Source of the DNA: Candidatus Eiseniibacteriota bacterium
Lineage (GTDB): Bacteria > Eisenbacteria > RBG-16-71-46
Assembly: GCA_041483195.1 (NCBI GenBank)
Contig: JBGPFC010000009.1
Location: 52,177-116,176 of the forward strand
DNA length: 64,000 bases
Reading direction: 5' to 3'
Shown in pieces: positions 42,616-52,960 of the stretch; the stretch's first letter is position 1; every line of letters starts with the position of its first letter. The translations under genes and the position numbers were made by a program. The notes beneath the pieces were generated by a model. That model ran no database searches and was not told where the DNA came from. It was given only the letters and a program-made list of their open reading frames with translations.

Positions 42616-42690
42616 CCCGGCATCCCGGTCGCAAACCCGTGCGGGCTCTATGCAACGGCCGCTCAGTGCCGGGCTAAATGGCCTTTCGGC

Positions 42691-42720
42691 TTGACCCTAG
42701 CGTGACTTCGCCCCTAACGT
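42691..42720 (+). promoter_or_regulatory. sigma70-type promoter of DUF3467-GH57 unit
   Basis: TTGACC-18 nt-TAACGT. Confidence 0.55.
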
Positions 42721-42799
42721 GAGCGTGTTCGGCAAGCGTGCCGATGCTTCGCCGGGATGCGGCGATCGGGTGGGGTTGGGTAAGAACAGGAGTACGGCT

Positions 42800-43105
42800 G
42801 TGGAAAAAGGCCAAAACCAGGCGCAGCAGCACATGCAGATCGAGCTCGGCGAGAAAGAGGCGGAGGGAATCTACTCGAACGTGGCGTTCATCGCGCACTC
42901 GCCATCCGAGGTGATTCTCGATTTCGCCAGGGCGCTTCCCGGGCTGCCCAAGGCGCGCGTCTACGCCCGGGTCATCATGACGCCGCAGCACGCGAAGTCA
43001 CTGCTGCAGGCGCTCGAGCAGAACCTCAAGAACTTCGAGGCTCAGTTCGGTGCGATCAAGCTTCCGGGCGAGCCGCGCGGCAAGGAGCTGGGCTTCAAGC
43101 CCTGA
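42800..43105 (+). CDS. DUF3467 domain protein
   Basis: EGIYSN, EVILDF, ARVIMTPQHAK; AGGAG SD before GTG 42800. Confidence 0.88.
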   Translation: MEKGQNQAQQHMQIELGEKEAEGIYSNVAFIAHSPSEVILDFARALPGLPKARVYARVIMTPQHAKSLLQALEQNLKNFEAQFGAIKLPGEPRGKELGFKP

Positions 43106-43126
43106 CGGGCGGGCCCGGCACACCTC

Positions 43127-44842
43127 ATGGCGAGCGGCGCCTTCACTTTCGTGCTGCATTCCCATCTGCCGTGGGTGCTTCATCACGGGCGGTGGCCGCA
43201 CGGAGTGGACTGGCTGAACGAGGCGACGGCCGAGACCTACCTCCCGCTGTGGCGGATGTGCCGCGAGCGCGCCGCCGACGGGCGCACGCTCGGGATCACG
43301 CTCGGGCTCTCCCCCGTCCTGTGCGAACAACTCGCGCATCCCGATTTCCATCGGGAGTTCGTCGGCTACCTCGAGCAGAAGATCGTCGCGGCCGAAGAAG
43401 ACCGCTCGACGTTCTCGCGCACCGGTGAATCGGCGCTCGCGGCGCTCTCGAAGCGCTGGGAGTCGTTCTACCGCGAGACCCTCGAGGACTTCATGGGGCC
43501 GCATGGTCCCAATCTCGTGAAGCGGTTCCGCCGCCTCGAAGAGCAGGGCGCGATCGAGATCGTGACCTGCGGCGCCACCCACGGCTACTTCCCGCTGCTG
43601 GGGCGCGACGCCGCCGTCGAGGCACAGGTGCGGATGGCGCGCTCCGCGCACCGGCGCCACTTCGGGCACGACCCGCGCGGCATCTGGCTTCCCGAATGCG
43701 CCTATCGTCCCGCAGGCCCGTGGGCCTCGCCCGTCGATCCTCAGGCGGCGCCGGTCGCGCGCCGCGGCGTTGAAGAGATCCTCGCTGCGCACGGGATGGA
43801 GTATTTCTTCGTGGACCGCCATCTGCTCAGCGGTGGCGCGCCGCTCGGAGTGTACGCCGATCGCTTCGAGGCCCTGCGCCACGTGGTGCGCGAGGACGGA
43901 GCGCCGGCCACGGTTTCGGAACGCCTTCCCTACCGCCCGTACCGCGTGGGCGCGACCGCGCGCGTCTCGTGCTTCGGCCGCGACGCCGCGACCGCGGTGC
44001 AGGTGTGGAGCGGCGAGCACGGTTACCCCGGCTCGCCCCCCTATCTCGACTTTCACAAGAAGCGATTCCCAGGCGGGCATCGCTACTGGGCGGTCACCCA
44101 TCCCCGCGCGGATCTCGCGCACAAGACGATCTACCGGCCGGAGGAAGCGGAGGCCCTGCTGCCGCAGCAGGCCGAGCATTTCCTCTCGCTGCTGGCCGGG
44201 GTCACGCGCGATGCGGCCACGCGGCAGCACGAGCCACCGGTGGTGTGCGCGATGTTCGACACCGAGCTGTTCGGGCACTGGTGGTTCGAGGGCCCGCGCT
44301 TCATCGCGGCGGTGATCGACCGCGCGGCCGCGGCGGGCGTGGAGCCGATCACGGCGGGCGCCTATCTCGCGCGCAATCCTGCGCGCGAAATCGTCGCGCT
44401 GCCCGAGGGCTCGTGGGGCGACGGCGGGCGCCACCAGGTGTGGCTCAACGACGCGACGCGCTGGACGTGGGAACTGGTGCACGCCGCCGAAGCGCGCTTC
44501 GAATCGCTCGCGGGACGTGCCACGCGCGCCACGCGCGAGCCCCTGCTGGAGCGATTGCTCGCGCAGGCCGGTCGCGAGCTGCTGCTGCTGGAGGCATCCG
44601 ACTGGCAGTTCCTGATCACGACGCTCTCCGCCCGCGACTATGCGGAGCTGCGCGTGACCGAACACTCCGATGATTTCACCCGGCTCGCCGGGCTCGCCGA
44701 CCGACGGCTCGATGGCGGCGCAATCGGCGGAGCCGACGAACAATTCCTGAGCGAATGCGAGAAGCGCGATTCGCTCTTCCCGGACTTCGACTGGCGCGGC
44801 TACGCCGGGCCGGTCCCTCAGGAAACCGGCTTCGCGCGCTGA
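43127..44842 (+). CDS. GH57 1,4-alpha-glucan branching enzyme (DUF1957)
   Basis: LHSHLPWV, ETYLPL, WLPECAY, FDTELFGHWWFEG, ASDWQF. Confidence 0.92.
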   Translation: MASGAFTFVLHSHLPWVLHHGRWPHGVDWLNEATAETYLPLWRMCRERAADGRTLGITLGLSPVLCEQLAHPDFHREFVGYLEQKIVAAEEDRSTFSRTGESALAALSKRWESFYRETLEDFMGPHGPNLVKRFRRLEEQGAIEIVTCGATHGYFPLLGRDAAVEAQVRMARSAHRRHFGHDPRGIWLPECAYRPAGPWASPVDPQAAPVARRGVEEILAAHGMEYFFVDRHLLSGGAPLGVYADRFEALRHVVREDGAPATVSERLPYRPYRVGATARVSCFGRDAATAVQVWSGEHGYPGSPPYLDFHKKRFPGGHRYWAVTHPRADLAHKTIYRPEEAEALLPQQAEHFLSLLAGVTRDAATRQHEPPVVCAMFDTELFGHWWFEGPRFIAAVIDRAAAAGVEPITAGAYLARNPAREIVALPEGSWGDGGRHQVWLNDATRWTWELVHAAEARFESLAGRATRATREPLLERLLAQAGRELLLLEASDWQFLITTLSARDYAELRVTEHSDDFTRLAGLADRRLDGGAIGGADEQFLSECEKRDSLFPDFDWRGYAGPVPQETGFAR

Positions 44843-44902
44843 GCCGGGACGCCCCCCGGCGCCGGTCTCGCCCGCCCCCTCGCCTCGCCCCGCGGCCCGC
44901 GC

Positions 44903-45319
44903 TCAGCGGTCGGGCGGGAGCCTCGGCGCTCGCTCGAGCAGTGCCGCGAGCGAAGCGGGGGCCCGGGTGGGCTTGCCGTCGCGCGCGAGGAAGCAGTGCT
45001 CGGTGTGACCCCTGGCCAGCAGCTCGCAATCGCCCTCGCGCACGATGCGGTAGCCGAACCGCACCGACGCGCGACCCACGTGTGCGACCGCGGTCTCGAT
45101 CGCCACCAGATCGTCGTAGCGCGCGGGCTTGAAGTAGCGGCAGCAGGCCTCGACCACCGGCAGCGCGATCCCGTCTTCCTCCACCGCGCGGTAGCTCGAT
45201 CCCAGGGCGCGCAACATTTCCGCGCGGCCGATCTCGAACCATCGAAGGTAATTCGCGTAGTAGGCGAAACCCATCTGGTCGGTGTCGCCGTAGCGCACCC
45301 GGATCGTGAAACGGTGCAT
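44903..45319 (-). CDS. YbgC/FadM-type acyl-CoA thioesterase
   Basis: RVRYGDTDQMG, YANYLRWFEIGR, PARYDD. Confidence 0.9.
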   Translation of the reverse strand: MHRFTIRVRYGDTDQMGFAYYANYLRWFEIGRAEMLRALGSSYRAVEEDGIALPVVEACCRYFKPARYDDLVAIETAVAHVGRASVRFGYRIVREGDCELLARGHTEHCFLARDGKPTRAPASLAALLERAPRLPPDR

Positions 45320-46239
45320 CACGTCCCTCCCCGCGTGATCGGTGAAGCGTCGTCGGACGGTCGCGAGCGCGCCGGCGGCGGAGTCTTCCAGCGCCGGTGC
45401 AGCCAGAACCACAACTCGGGACGCGCGCGCACCCGGGCCTCCAGCCGCGAGACATGGAGCGCGGTCAGCGCGATCGCAGCGTCCGCCGCGCGGGGATCCG
45501 GCGCCGTGAGCGGCGGCTCGATGTCGAGCTCCAGGCGCAGGTCGGCACGACGCGTGACGAACCCCATGATGATCGGCACGCGGGCCGCGAGTGCCATGCG
45601 AGCCGGCCCGGTGGCGGTGCTCGCGAGCCGTCCGAGAAACGGCACGAATACGCCGTGGTGGCGCGCGTCCTGATCGGCGACCATCGCCACCCAGCGTCCG
45701 GCGCGCAGCGAATGGTACACGCGGCGGATGCCGGAGTCCGCGTCGATCGTGCCGAGTCCGGCGGCGAAGCGCTCCCGCGCGAGCAGCGCATCCACACCCG
45801 CGTTGCTGAGCGGCCGCGTCACGGCGTCGACCGGATGCCGCTGCCCGATCCAGGCGCCGAGCGCCTCGAAGTTGCCGTAGTGGCCGGTCAGGAGGATCGC
45901 CCCGCGCCCGCGCGCGGCATCCAGATGCTCGAGCCCGCGCACCGCGGCGACCCGGGTCTCACCCGGCGAGCGCGCCAGCTCCGCGAGCCGCGCGTATTCG
46001 ACGACCACCCGACCGAGCTCACGGTAGTGCTCGCGCAAGATGGCGTCGCGTTCGGCGGGGCCGCGCTCCGGGAACGCACGCGCGAGGTTGTCCTCGGCGA
46101 CCCTCCGCCGCAGGCCGGCCGCGCGGGCGCCATCGCCGAGCGCGCGCCCGAGCGTCAGCGATCGTCGCCACGGCAGGGCCCGCGCGCCGCCGACCAGCGC
46201 GCGCACCAGCAGCGTCTCGAGCGCGTGGCGCGCTCTCAC
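45319..46239 (-). CDS. Lipid A biosynthesis acyltransferase (LpxL/HtrB family)
   Basis: LTGHYGNFE, MVADQD, VPFLG, PELWFWLHRRWK. Confidence 0.9.
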   Translation of the reverse strand: MRARHALETLLVRALVGGARALPWRRSLTLGRALGDGARAAGLRRRVAEDNLARAFPERGPAERDAILREHYRELGRVVVEYARLAELARSPGETRVAAVRGLEHLDAARGRGAILLTGHYGNFEALGAWIGQRHPVDAVTRPLSNAGVDALLARERFAAGLGTIDADSGIRRVYHSLRAGRWVAMVADQDARHHGVFVPFLGRLASTATGPARMALAARVPIIMGFVTRRADLRLELDIEPPLTAPDPRAADAAIALTALHVSRLEARVRARPELWFWLHRRWKTPPPARSRPSDDASPITRGGT

Positions 46240-47180
46240 GGCCGGGGCGGCCTCGACCAGCGCTGCCCCGGATGCGCGATCGCGAGGCCGGACCACTCGA
46301 GCGCCAGCAGACCGGCAAGCGCGGCATCGATTCCCAGCCCCGCGTCATGCGCCAGCGTCTCGGCGGATCGCGGGCGAGTCTCGAGCACCGCCAGCAGCCG
46401 CGCGCCGGGGCTCGACTCCGCGCCAGTCCTCGCGGAAGCCGAGAGCGCCAGCATCACGTCCGCGACGTTCTCGCACGGGACGGCACCGGCGCGAATCAGC
46501 GCGTTGCAGCCGCGGCTGGTGGGGCGATCGACATCGCCGGGGACGGCGAACACCACTCGCCCGAGCCGCCGCGCGGCGGCCGCGGTGGCGAGTGCGCCGC
46601 TGCGCTCCGCCGCCTCGACCACCACCGTCGCGCGGGAGAGCGCCGCGATCAGGCGATTGCGGCGCACGAAGAGTCCCGAACGCACCGGGACGTCGCCCGG
46701 CCATTCCGAGACGATCGCGCCGCGACGGGCGATGGTCTCTGCGAGCTCGCGATGATACGACGGCGTCACCTGATCGAGCCCCCCCGGCAGCACCGCGACC
46801 GTCGTGCCGCCGTGATCGAGCGCCCCGCGATGCGCGGCCGCGTCGATGCCGCGGGCCAGCCCGCTCACGACGACCACGCCGAGCGCCGCCAGATCCGCCG
46901 CGAGCCGACCCGCGAACGAGAGTCCGTAGGCCGTCGCCGCGCGCGAGCCCACGATGCCCACCGCCTGCGTCTCGGACGGCCAGGCGCCGCGCACGTGCAG
47001 CGTGGCGGGCGCGTCGCTCAAGTCGTTCAGCCCGGATGGGTAGTGCGGATCGGAGCGCGGTATCGCGCGCGCCGCCGGGGCCGGCCGCGGCGCGGCATCG
47101 CGTTCGCGCACGATCGCTGCGAGTGGCGGCCCGGGCCCGGCACAGGCCACGAGGCCCTCAGCGCTCGGGTGGGGCTTCAT
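46236..47180 (-). CDS. dprA: DNA-processing protein DprA
   Basis: IVGSR, VSGLARGIDAAAH, RNRLIA, VVEAAERSGAL, C-terminal winged helix; start uncertain. Confidence 0.93.
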   Translation of the reverse strand: MKPHPSAEGLVACAGPGPPLAAIVRERDAAPRPAPAARAIPRSDPHYPSGLNDLSDAPATLHVRGAWPSETQAVGIVGSRAATAYGLSFAGRLAADLAALGVVVVSGLARGIDAAAHRGALDHGGTTVAVLPGGLDQVTPSYHRELAETIARRGAIVSEWPGDVPVRSGLFVRRNRLIAALSRATVVVEAAERSGALATAAAARRLGRVVFAVPGDVDRPTSRGCNALIRAGAVPCENVADVMLALSASARTGAESSPGARLLAVLETRPRSAETLAHDAGLGIDAALAGLLALEWSGLAIAHPGQRWSRPPRP

Positions 47181-47832
47181 TCCCGCCCGGCGCCGTCCCG
47201 GGGCGCTCTTTCTGGGGCGGGGGCCCGGTCAGCACTTCCCACTCGAAGCCTTCCTCGCTGCTGCGCACCAGATCGCTCTCGTCCGAAAGCGCGTCCGGCG
47301 CATCGACGTTCATCAGCTCCTCGTGTCCCATCATGCGCTCGAGCCGCTCCCACAGCGGTCGGTCACGCTGAGCGATGTCGTCGAATCGGCGTCGCCGCGC
47401 GTCGGGGGGAAGGCGGTGCAGCGCGTGCGCGAGGCGCGCCGCGCCTCCGTGATGGCCCATGGTCACCACCGCTTCGCGCGCCGCCAGCGCGACCGTCTCG
47501 TTCGCGTCCTCGGCGAGCCTGAGCAACCCCGGCACGGCCGGCCGGTAGCCCATCCGGCCGAGCACTTTCGCGGAGCTGGTACGCGTGAACCAGAGGCCCT
47601 GCTCCAGCAATGGAAGCAGGACGGCCGCGTGCGCTTCCCCGAGGCGCTGGAACGCCTCCTCCGCGAGATCTCGCAGGAACCACGATTCGTCGCACAGGCA
47701 CTCGACCAGCAGCGAGATCGCCTCGCGATCCCGCCGCTGTTCGAGGCCGCGCACGTACTCGCGCTTCGCGGTCAGGCCACGCGCGTTCAGCACGTCGAGC
47801 GGGCGGCTCTGTCCATACCGGTCGTCACTCAT
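47158..47832 (-). CDS. HEAT-repeat domain protein
   Basis: Repeating LCDESWFLRDLA / LEQGLWFTRTSSAKVLG / AEDANETVALAA HEAT-like units. Confidence 0.75.
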   Translation of the reverse strand: MSDDRYGQSRPLDVLNARGLTAKREYVRGLEQRRDREAISLLVECLCDESWFLRDLAEEAFQRLGEAHAAVLLPLLEQGLWFTRTSSAKVLGRMGYRPAVPGLLRLAEDANETVALAAREAVVTMGHHGGAARLAHALHRLPPDARRRRFDDIAQRDRPLWERLERMMGHEELMNVDAPDALSDESDLVRSSEEGFEWEVLTGPPPQKERPGTAPGGNEAPPER

Positions 47833-48832
47833 GCGTGGCACCCTCGGTCGTGGTGAGGGGTGCGATCATCGCCCACAGCGCATTCAGCAGCTCCGGCAAC
47901 CCCTCGCCGCTCTGGGCGCTGATGAGCCGGGCTCCCGGCAGTCCGGCATTGGCCCTCGCGACGGCGCGCCGCTCGGGCGGGATCAGGTCGCACTTGGTGA
48001 GCACCACCACGCGCGGCTTCCGGAGCAGCGCGGGGCTGTACTGCTCCAGCTCGCGCTCGACTCGTTCCAACTCCTCCTTCGGGGAGGTTCCGGTCGCATC
48101 CACCAGCATCGCCAGCACCCGCGTCCGTTCGACATGTCTCAGAAACTGGAGGCCCAGACCCTTGCCGCGGTGCGCACCCTCGATGAGCCCGGGCAGGTCG
48201 GCCGCGACGAACTGCCGTTCGTCGTCCAGCACCACGATTCCCAGATGCGGCTCGAGCGTCGTGAACGGATAGTCCGCAATCTTGGGCCGCGCGCGCGACA
48301 CACGCGAGAGCAAGGTGGACTTCCCGGCATTCGGCGGGCCGACGAACCCGACATCGGCGATGAGCTTGAGCTCGAGCTCGAGCACGCGCTCCTCGCCCGC
48401 TTCGCCGGGATCGGCGCGCCGCGGCGCCTGATGGGTCGGAGTCGCGAAGCGCGCGTTGCCACGCCCGCCACGCCCGCCCTTCGCGGCCGCGAACCGCGCA
48501 TCCGCCAGGATCAGGTCGGCGAGCACCTCGCCACTCTCGGCGTCGCGCACCACGGTGCCGGGCGGAACGCGCACCAACAGATCCTCGCCATCCTTCCCGC
48601 TGCGCTGATTGCCCGAGCCCGGACGACCAGCATCGGCACGGTATCGGGGCTGTTCGCGGCAGTCAAGAAGTGTGCGCACATGCGGATTGACTTCGAGCCA
48701 TACGCTGCCCCCACGGCCGCCGTCGCCGCCGTCGGGCCCGCCGCGCGGCACGTACTTCTCGCGGCGGAAGCTGACGCACCCATTGCCACCGCTACCGGCG
48801 ATCACGTGAATGCGGGCGAGATCGATCAGCAC
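47825..48832 (-). CDS. obgE: GTPase ObgE
   Basis: FRREKYVPRGGPDGGDGG, GPPNAGKS, YPFTT, DLPG, TKCD. Confidence 0.97.
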   Translation of the reverse strand: MLIDLARIHVIAGSGGNGCVSFRREKYVPRGGPDGGDGGRGGSVWLEVNPHVRTLLDCREQPRYRADAGRPGSGNQRSGKDGEDLLVRVPPGTVVRDAESGEVLADLILADARFAAAKGGRGGRGNARFATPTHQAPRRADPGEAGEERVLELELKLIADVGFVGPPNAGKSTLLSRVSRARPKIADYPFTTLEPHLGIVVLDDERQFVAADLPGLIEGAHRGKGLGLQFLRHVERTRVLAMLVDATGTSPKEELERVERELEQYSPALLRKPRVVVLTKCDLIPPERRAVARANAGLPGARLISAQSGEGLPELLNALWAMIAPLTTTEGATHE

Positions 48833-48920
48833 GCCTGAGACTCCGCGCGGGTCGCGGCCGTCGCATCGCGGGCGACCCCCGCGCCGGCATGGCGCCCCGG
48901 CTCCCGCGCGAGCTCGTGCA

Positions 48921-50870
48921 TCAGGCCGCGTCCCTCCTCGGCGCGTGGGCCTCTCCGGCGATGAAGGGGAGCAAGCCGCCCGCGCGCGCGATCGCGATCT
49001 CCCGAGCGCTCAGATCGTGGACCGCCACGATCTGGGTGCCGCGCGTGAGATTGCGGACCACGAGGGGCCGGCCCGGCTCGAGGCCCTCGGGCAGCGTCGG
49101 GAGTTCGAGTTCGTCCCCCGAGCTCAGCCGGTCGTAGTCGGCCGCCCGCGCGAGGCGGAGCGGCAACACCCCCGCCTGCACCAGCTCGCAGCGGAACGCG
49201 TTCTCCCACGAGCGAGCGATCGCCGCGCGCACCCCGAGCGCGACCAGCACCAGCGCAGCCTGAACGCGCGAGCTTCCCTGGCCCATCGCCTCACCACTCA
49301 GGACGAATCCGCCGCCGTGAGCCCGGGCGCGCCCGGCGAAGCCCGGGTCGATCGGCTCGAACGCGTGCTCGGTCAGCGCGTAAATGTCTCCCGCGAGCGG
49401 GATCATTCGAGCGCCCCAGGGGAGCACTTGCTCGACCGCGATCCGATCGCCGGCCTTGATCAGCACGACGCCGCGCAGCGCGCCGGAGATCGGCGGCGCG
49501 AGCGGAAACCCTCCGTCGTCACCGCGCGATGATTCACCGCCCGGATCCGGTTCGGGCTCCGGCGCCAGAATCCAGCTCGAGCTCGAACCCGTGACCACGG
49601 AGTCGTCATCGCGGGGAATCACCAGCGGGAGCGCCCGCGGATCGAGGAGTCTTCCCATCAGCGCCGCCTGCGCGCAGCTCGCCGGGCTCGCGGCCCACCA
49701 GCGCGTCCGGGTCTCGTCGAGATCACGCGCTCGTGCGCCGCAGCACACGCCGATCGCGTCCAGCCCGGCGCTCACCCCGCCCACCGGGGCCGCGCCGAGT
49801 TCCAGCACCCTCGCGCCCGCGCCGACCAGCGCGCCGAGTACTCCACTCGCGCTGAGCCCCGCCAGCCGCTCGCGACTCCCGGGCACGATCACGAGTTCGA
49901 CTCCCGGATGGAGCGCGCGTCCCTCGAACAGCATCGCCAGCCGCTCGAGATCATCGCGCGCAGCACCCGGGCCGCAGAGCACGCGCCGCACCTCCGGCCC
50001 GGAATCGGCGCGCAGCACGCGGCCGTTCCCGGCGCGGCCGAGCTCGCTGGCGTGCGGCTCGACGCCCTCGAGATCGATCGCGAGGCTCACCCCCTCGCCG
50101 GCGAGCGGCCCGGCCTCGAGCCGTTTCCAGTCGCTGTCACGCCCGCGCGCACGAAGCCACGAATGCGTGACGTCGTCCGACGGGAACACCGCGACCAGCC
50201 CCGCCCGTTCAGCGCATGCGACCACGCACGCGATGCGATCGGACATGGCGAGGTGCTCGACCCCCCCGCCCCACATCTCGACCAACACCCCGCGCGCGCC
50301 GCCCGGCGGCAGGCGGCGCACGATCTCGGCCGCGAGATCGCACCCGCCGATGTGTTGCGGCAACGTGCCGCGCAGCTCGACCCCGAGCACCGCCGGCGCC
50401 GGGCGGACCAGCACCCCGCAACGCAGCGCGGCGGCGAGATCGAGTTCGCCGCAATCCAGCGCGAGCATGCCCAGCGCACCGGCCGCCGCGATCGGCGCTC
50501 CGGCCATGATGGCGATGCGGCCCGGCGCCGCGAAGTGGTCGAGGTAGATCGCCTCCGCGTGCCCGGCACCCGGCGGCACGACGTGGACGCCGAGCGCTCG
50601 CGCCGTGTCATCCAGATCCGCCTTCGCGCCGGCCGGCTCGAGCGAGCCCGGCGTGCGTCGCGGGTCGGCGCAGAGCAGCGCGAGCGGAACGCGCGCCCGC
50701 GTCGACGGCGAAACGCGCAACGCCGGGAGCACGAGTTGCGCGGCGGGCTCGCACAGAATGGCGTGATCGATGCGCAACGCGAGTTCCGCGGCGGGCGCGC
50801 GCGCGGATCCCCCGCCCACGTCATCCCCGACATGGGCTTCGAGCAGCATCCGGATCAGACCGGTCGTCAT
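48921..50870 (-). CDS. Aconitase-family protein (short Aquifex-type fold) with degenerate active site
   Basis: Colinear with aconitase ([43 protein letters not shown]) but the Fe-S Cys and catalytic His motifs are replaced. Confidence 0.8.
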   Translation of the reverse strand: MTTGLIRMLLEAHVGDDVGGGSARAPAAELALRIDHAILCEPAAQLVLPALRVSPSTRARVPLALLCADPRRTPGSLEPAGAKADLDDTARALGVHVVPPGAGHAEAIYLDHFAAPGRIAIMAGAPIAAAGALGMLALDCGELDLAAALRCGVLVRPAPAVLGVELRGTLPQHIGGCDLAAEIVRRLPPGGARGVLVEMWGGGVEHLAMSDRIACVVACAERAGLVAVFPSDDVTHSWLRARGRDSDWKRLEAGPLAGEGVSLAIDLEGVEPHASELGRAGNGRVLRADSGPEVRRVLCGPGAARDDLERLAMLFEGRALHPGVELVIVPGSRERLAGLSASGVLGALVGAGARVLELGAAPVGGVSAGLDAIGVCCGARARDLDETRTRWWAASPASCAQAALMGRLLDPRALPLVIPRDDDSVVTGSSSSWILAPEPEPDPGGESSRGDDGGFPLAPPISGALRGVVLIKAGDRIAVEQVLPWGARMIPLAGDIYALTEHAFEPIDPGFAGRARAHGGGFVLSGEAMGQGSSRVQAALVLVALGVRAAIARSWENAFRCELVQAGVLPLRLARAADYDRLSSGDELELPTLPEGLEPGRPLVVRNLTRGTQIVAVHDLSAREIAIARAGGLLPFIAGEAHAPRRDAA

Positions 50871-50893
50871 GGCGAAGCCTCCACGGATCTCGT

Positions 50894-51280
50894 TCAGGAA
50901 GGGATGATCTTCGAGCGCGGCGCCGGCGCCGCCTTCGCTTCGCCGCCCGGGCCGGATGCGCCCCCGGCCCCCTTGGCCGGCTTGGCGTCGGCTCCCGCGG
51001 CGGGCTTGGCGTCGCCTCCCGCCGCGGGCTTGCCGTCGGCTCCGGCCGCGGGCTTCGCGTCGCCCCCCGACTTCTCGCGACGGGCACCCTCCTTGTAGTT
51101 CTTGCTGCGGTAGTCGGTGATGTGGAAGCCAGACCCCTTGAAGATCAGGCCCGCTCCGCCCGCCGGCACGCGCTGCGCGCGCGTCTTGCACTTCGGACAG
51201 CGCTTCACGCCATCGTCGGTCATGCTGTGAAACAGCTCGAACGTGTGGCCCTTGCGACAGCGATACACGTAGGTCGGCAT
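50894..51280 (-). CDS. FmdB family zinc-ribbon regulatory protein with low-complexity tail
   Basis: MPTYVYRC..GH.FE, CPKC, FKGSGFHITDY. Confidence 0.9.
   Translation of the reverse strand: MPTYVYRCRKGHTFELFHSMTDDGVKRCPKCKTRAQRVPAGGAGLIFKGSGFHITDYRSKNYKEGARREKSGGDAKPAAGADGKPAAGGDAKPAAGADAKPAKGAGGASGPGGEAKAAPAPRSKIIPS
50979..51068. repeat. Imperfect 24-bp coding tandem repeat (about 4 copies; DAKPAAGA/G)
   Basis: ggcttggcgtcggctcccgcggcg-like units start at 50979, 51003, 51027 and 51051. Confidence 0.8.
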
Positions 51281-51335
51281 GTCCCTCACCCCTCCACGAG
51301 CGTCGGGGTGTGCCGGCTCGCTCCGTCCGCGGCGC

Positions 51336-52352
51336 TCACGCCTGCCCCACTGCCGCCGACGAAGCGCTCAATGCGCATGCGATCGTGGACACCTCGACGA
51401 CGTCGTCCGCACTGCAGCCGCGCGACAGGTCGTTGGCCTGCCGGGCCAGCCCCATGAGAATCGGGCCGTAGGCCCGGGCGCCCCCCAACCGCTGCACCAG
51501 CTTGTAACCGATGTTGCCGGCGTCGAGATCGGGAAAGATCAGTACGTTTGCGTGGCCCGCCACCACGCTGCCCGGCGCCTTGCGCGCGCCCACATCCGGG
51601 TCGAGCGCCGCGTCGACCTGCAGCTCGCCGTCGATGTGCAGCTCGGGGCGTTTCGCGTGCGCCAGCGCCAGCGCGTCACGCACTTTCTGCACGCGGGGAT
51701 GATCGGCGCTGCCGCGCGTCGAAAACGACAGGAGCGCGACGTGCGGGACTTCCTGCGTGAGCCGCGAAAAATGGTCGGCCGCCAGACACGCGATGTCCGC
51801 GAGCTGCTCCGCCGTGGGATCGGGCACCACGCCGCAGTCGGCGAACAACAGGACGCGGGGCGCGCCCCCGGCCGGTCCCGGGACCACCATCAGGAAGAAC
51901 GACGACACGGTGCGATTGCCGGGCGCGAGGCCGATCAGCCACAGCGCGGCGCGCACGATGTCGGCGGTGGTGCGCGAGGCGCCGCCTACCGAGCAATCGG
52001 CCAGCCCCCCGCGTACGCGCGCCGCGGCCTGCACGACGGGATCGCGGCTCATGCGCTCGAGCTCTTCGGCGCCGAGCCGGTCGCCACGCGCCTCGCGCAG
52101 CGCGCCGGCGGCGCGAGCGATCTCGTCCGCCGCCGCGGGGTCGATCAGCGTCACCCCCGCGAGCGTCACCCCCACGCGCCGCGCGGTCGCACGTACCGCA
52201 TCGCGCGCACCGTACAGCGAAACCTCGGCGAGACGTTCGCGGGCGAGACGATCCGCTGCGCGCACGACGCGTTCGTCGCCCCCCTCCGGCAGCAGCAGCC
52301 GCTGCGGCCGCGCGCGCGCCAGACGGCGGATCCGCTCCAGCACCGCGCTCAT
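51336..52352 (-). CDS. pta: Phosphate acetyltransferase
   Basis: [39 protein letters not shown]. Confidence 0.93.
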   Translation of the reverse strand: MSAVLERIRRLARARPQRLLLPEGGDERVVRAADRLARERLAEVSLYGARDAVRATARRVGVTLAGVTLIDPAAADEIARAAGALREARGDRLGAEELERMSRDPVVQAAARVRGGLADCSVGGASRTTADIVRAALWLIGLAPGNRTVSSFFLMVVPGPAGGAPRVLLFADCGVVPDPTAEQLADIACLAADHFSRLTQEVPHVALLSFSTRGSADHPRVQKVRDALALAHAKRPELHIDGELQVDAALDPDVGARKAPGSVVAGHANVLIFPDLDAGNIGYKLVQRLGGARAYGPILMGLARQANDLSRGCSADDVVEVSTIACALSASSAAVGQA

Positions 52353-52960
52353 GAACGCCTCGCGCGCCCTTTGCGGGCGTGCTTCGCCCCGCCGCCCGCC
52401 TGGCGCCCGGCACTGGAGCCCAGGGACGTCCCGTTCCCCGGATTCGCGATCGCGGCGCGCTTCGAAACGCTCGACGCGCCGAAGCGGCGGCGGAGATTTT
52501 CCTCGACAGCGGTGGGCACCAATCCGCGGACCGAGCCACCCAGCCGCGCGACCTCCTTGACCAGGGTCGAGTTCAGGTAGGTGTACTGCTGGCTGGGCAT
52601 GAGAAACGCCACCTCGAGCGCGGGCGAGAGCCGCCGGTTCATCAGCGCCATCTGGAATTCGAATTCGAAATCACTCAGCGCGCGCAGACCCCGAATCATC
52701 ACGTGCGCCCCGACGCGCCGGGCGCAATCCACCACCAGATCGGAAAACTCCACGACCTCGACCCGCTTCAGCGTGCGGGTCGCCGCACGGATCATCGCGA
52801 CACGCTCGTCCATCGGGAACAGCGTGCCCTTCGCCTCGCTGTCGGCCACCGCGACCACCACGCGCTCGAACAGTCGTGCGGCTCGGCGTGTGAGATCGAG
52901 ATGCCCGTTGGTGAACGGATCGAAGGTGCCCGGAAACACCGCGGTGCGGTCAGTGGCCAT
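52349..52960 (-). CDS. coaD: Pantetheine-phosphate adenylyltransferase
   Basis: [33 protein letters not shown]. Confidence 0.96.
   Translation of the reverse strand: MATDRTAVFPGTFDPFTNGHLDLTRRAARLFERVVVAVADSEAKGTLFPMDERVAMIRAATRTLKRVEVVEFSDLVVDCARRVGAHVMIRGLRALSDFEFEFQMALMNRRLSPALEVAFLMPSQQYTYLNSTLVKEVARLGGSVRGLVPTAVEENLRRRFGASSVSKRAAIANPGNGTSLGSSAGRQAGGGAKHARKGRARRS

Noticed and set aside
48921..50870. Calling the degenerate aconitase a pseudogene
   Set aside because: No frameshift or internal stop over ~650 codons, a GGAGG SD is present, and structural motifs are kept while catalytic ones are lost.
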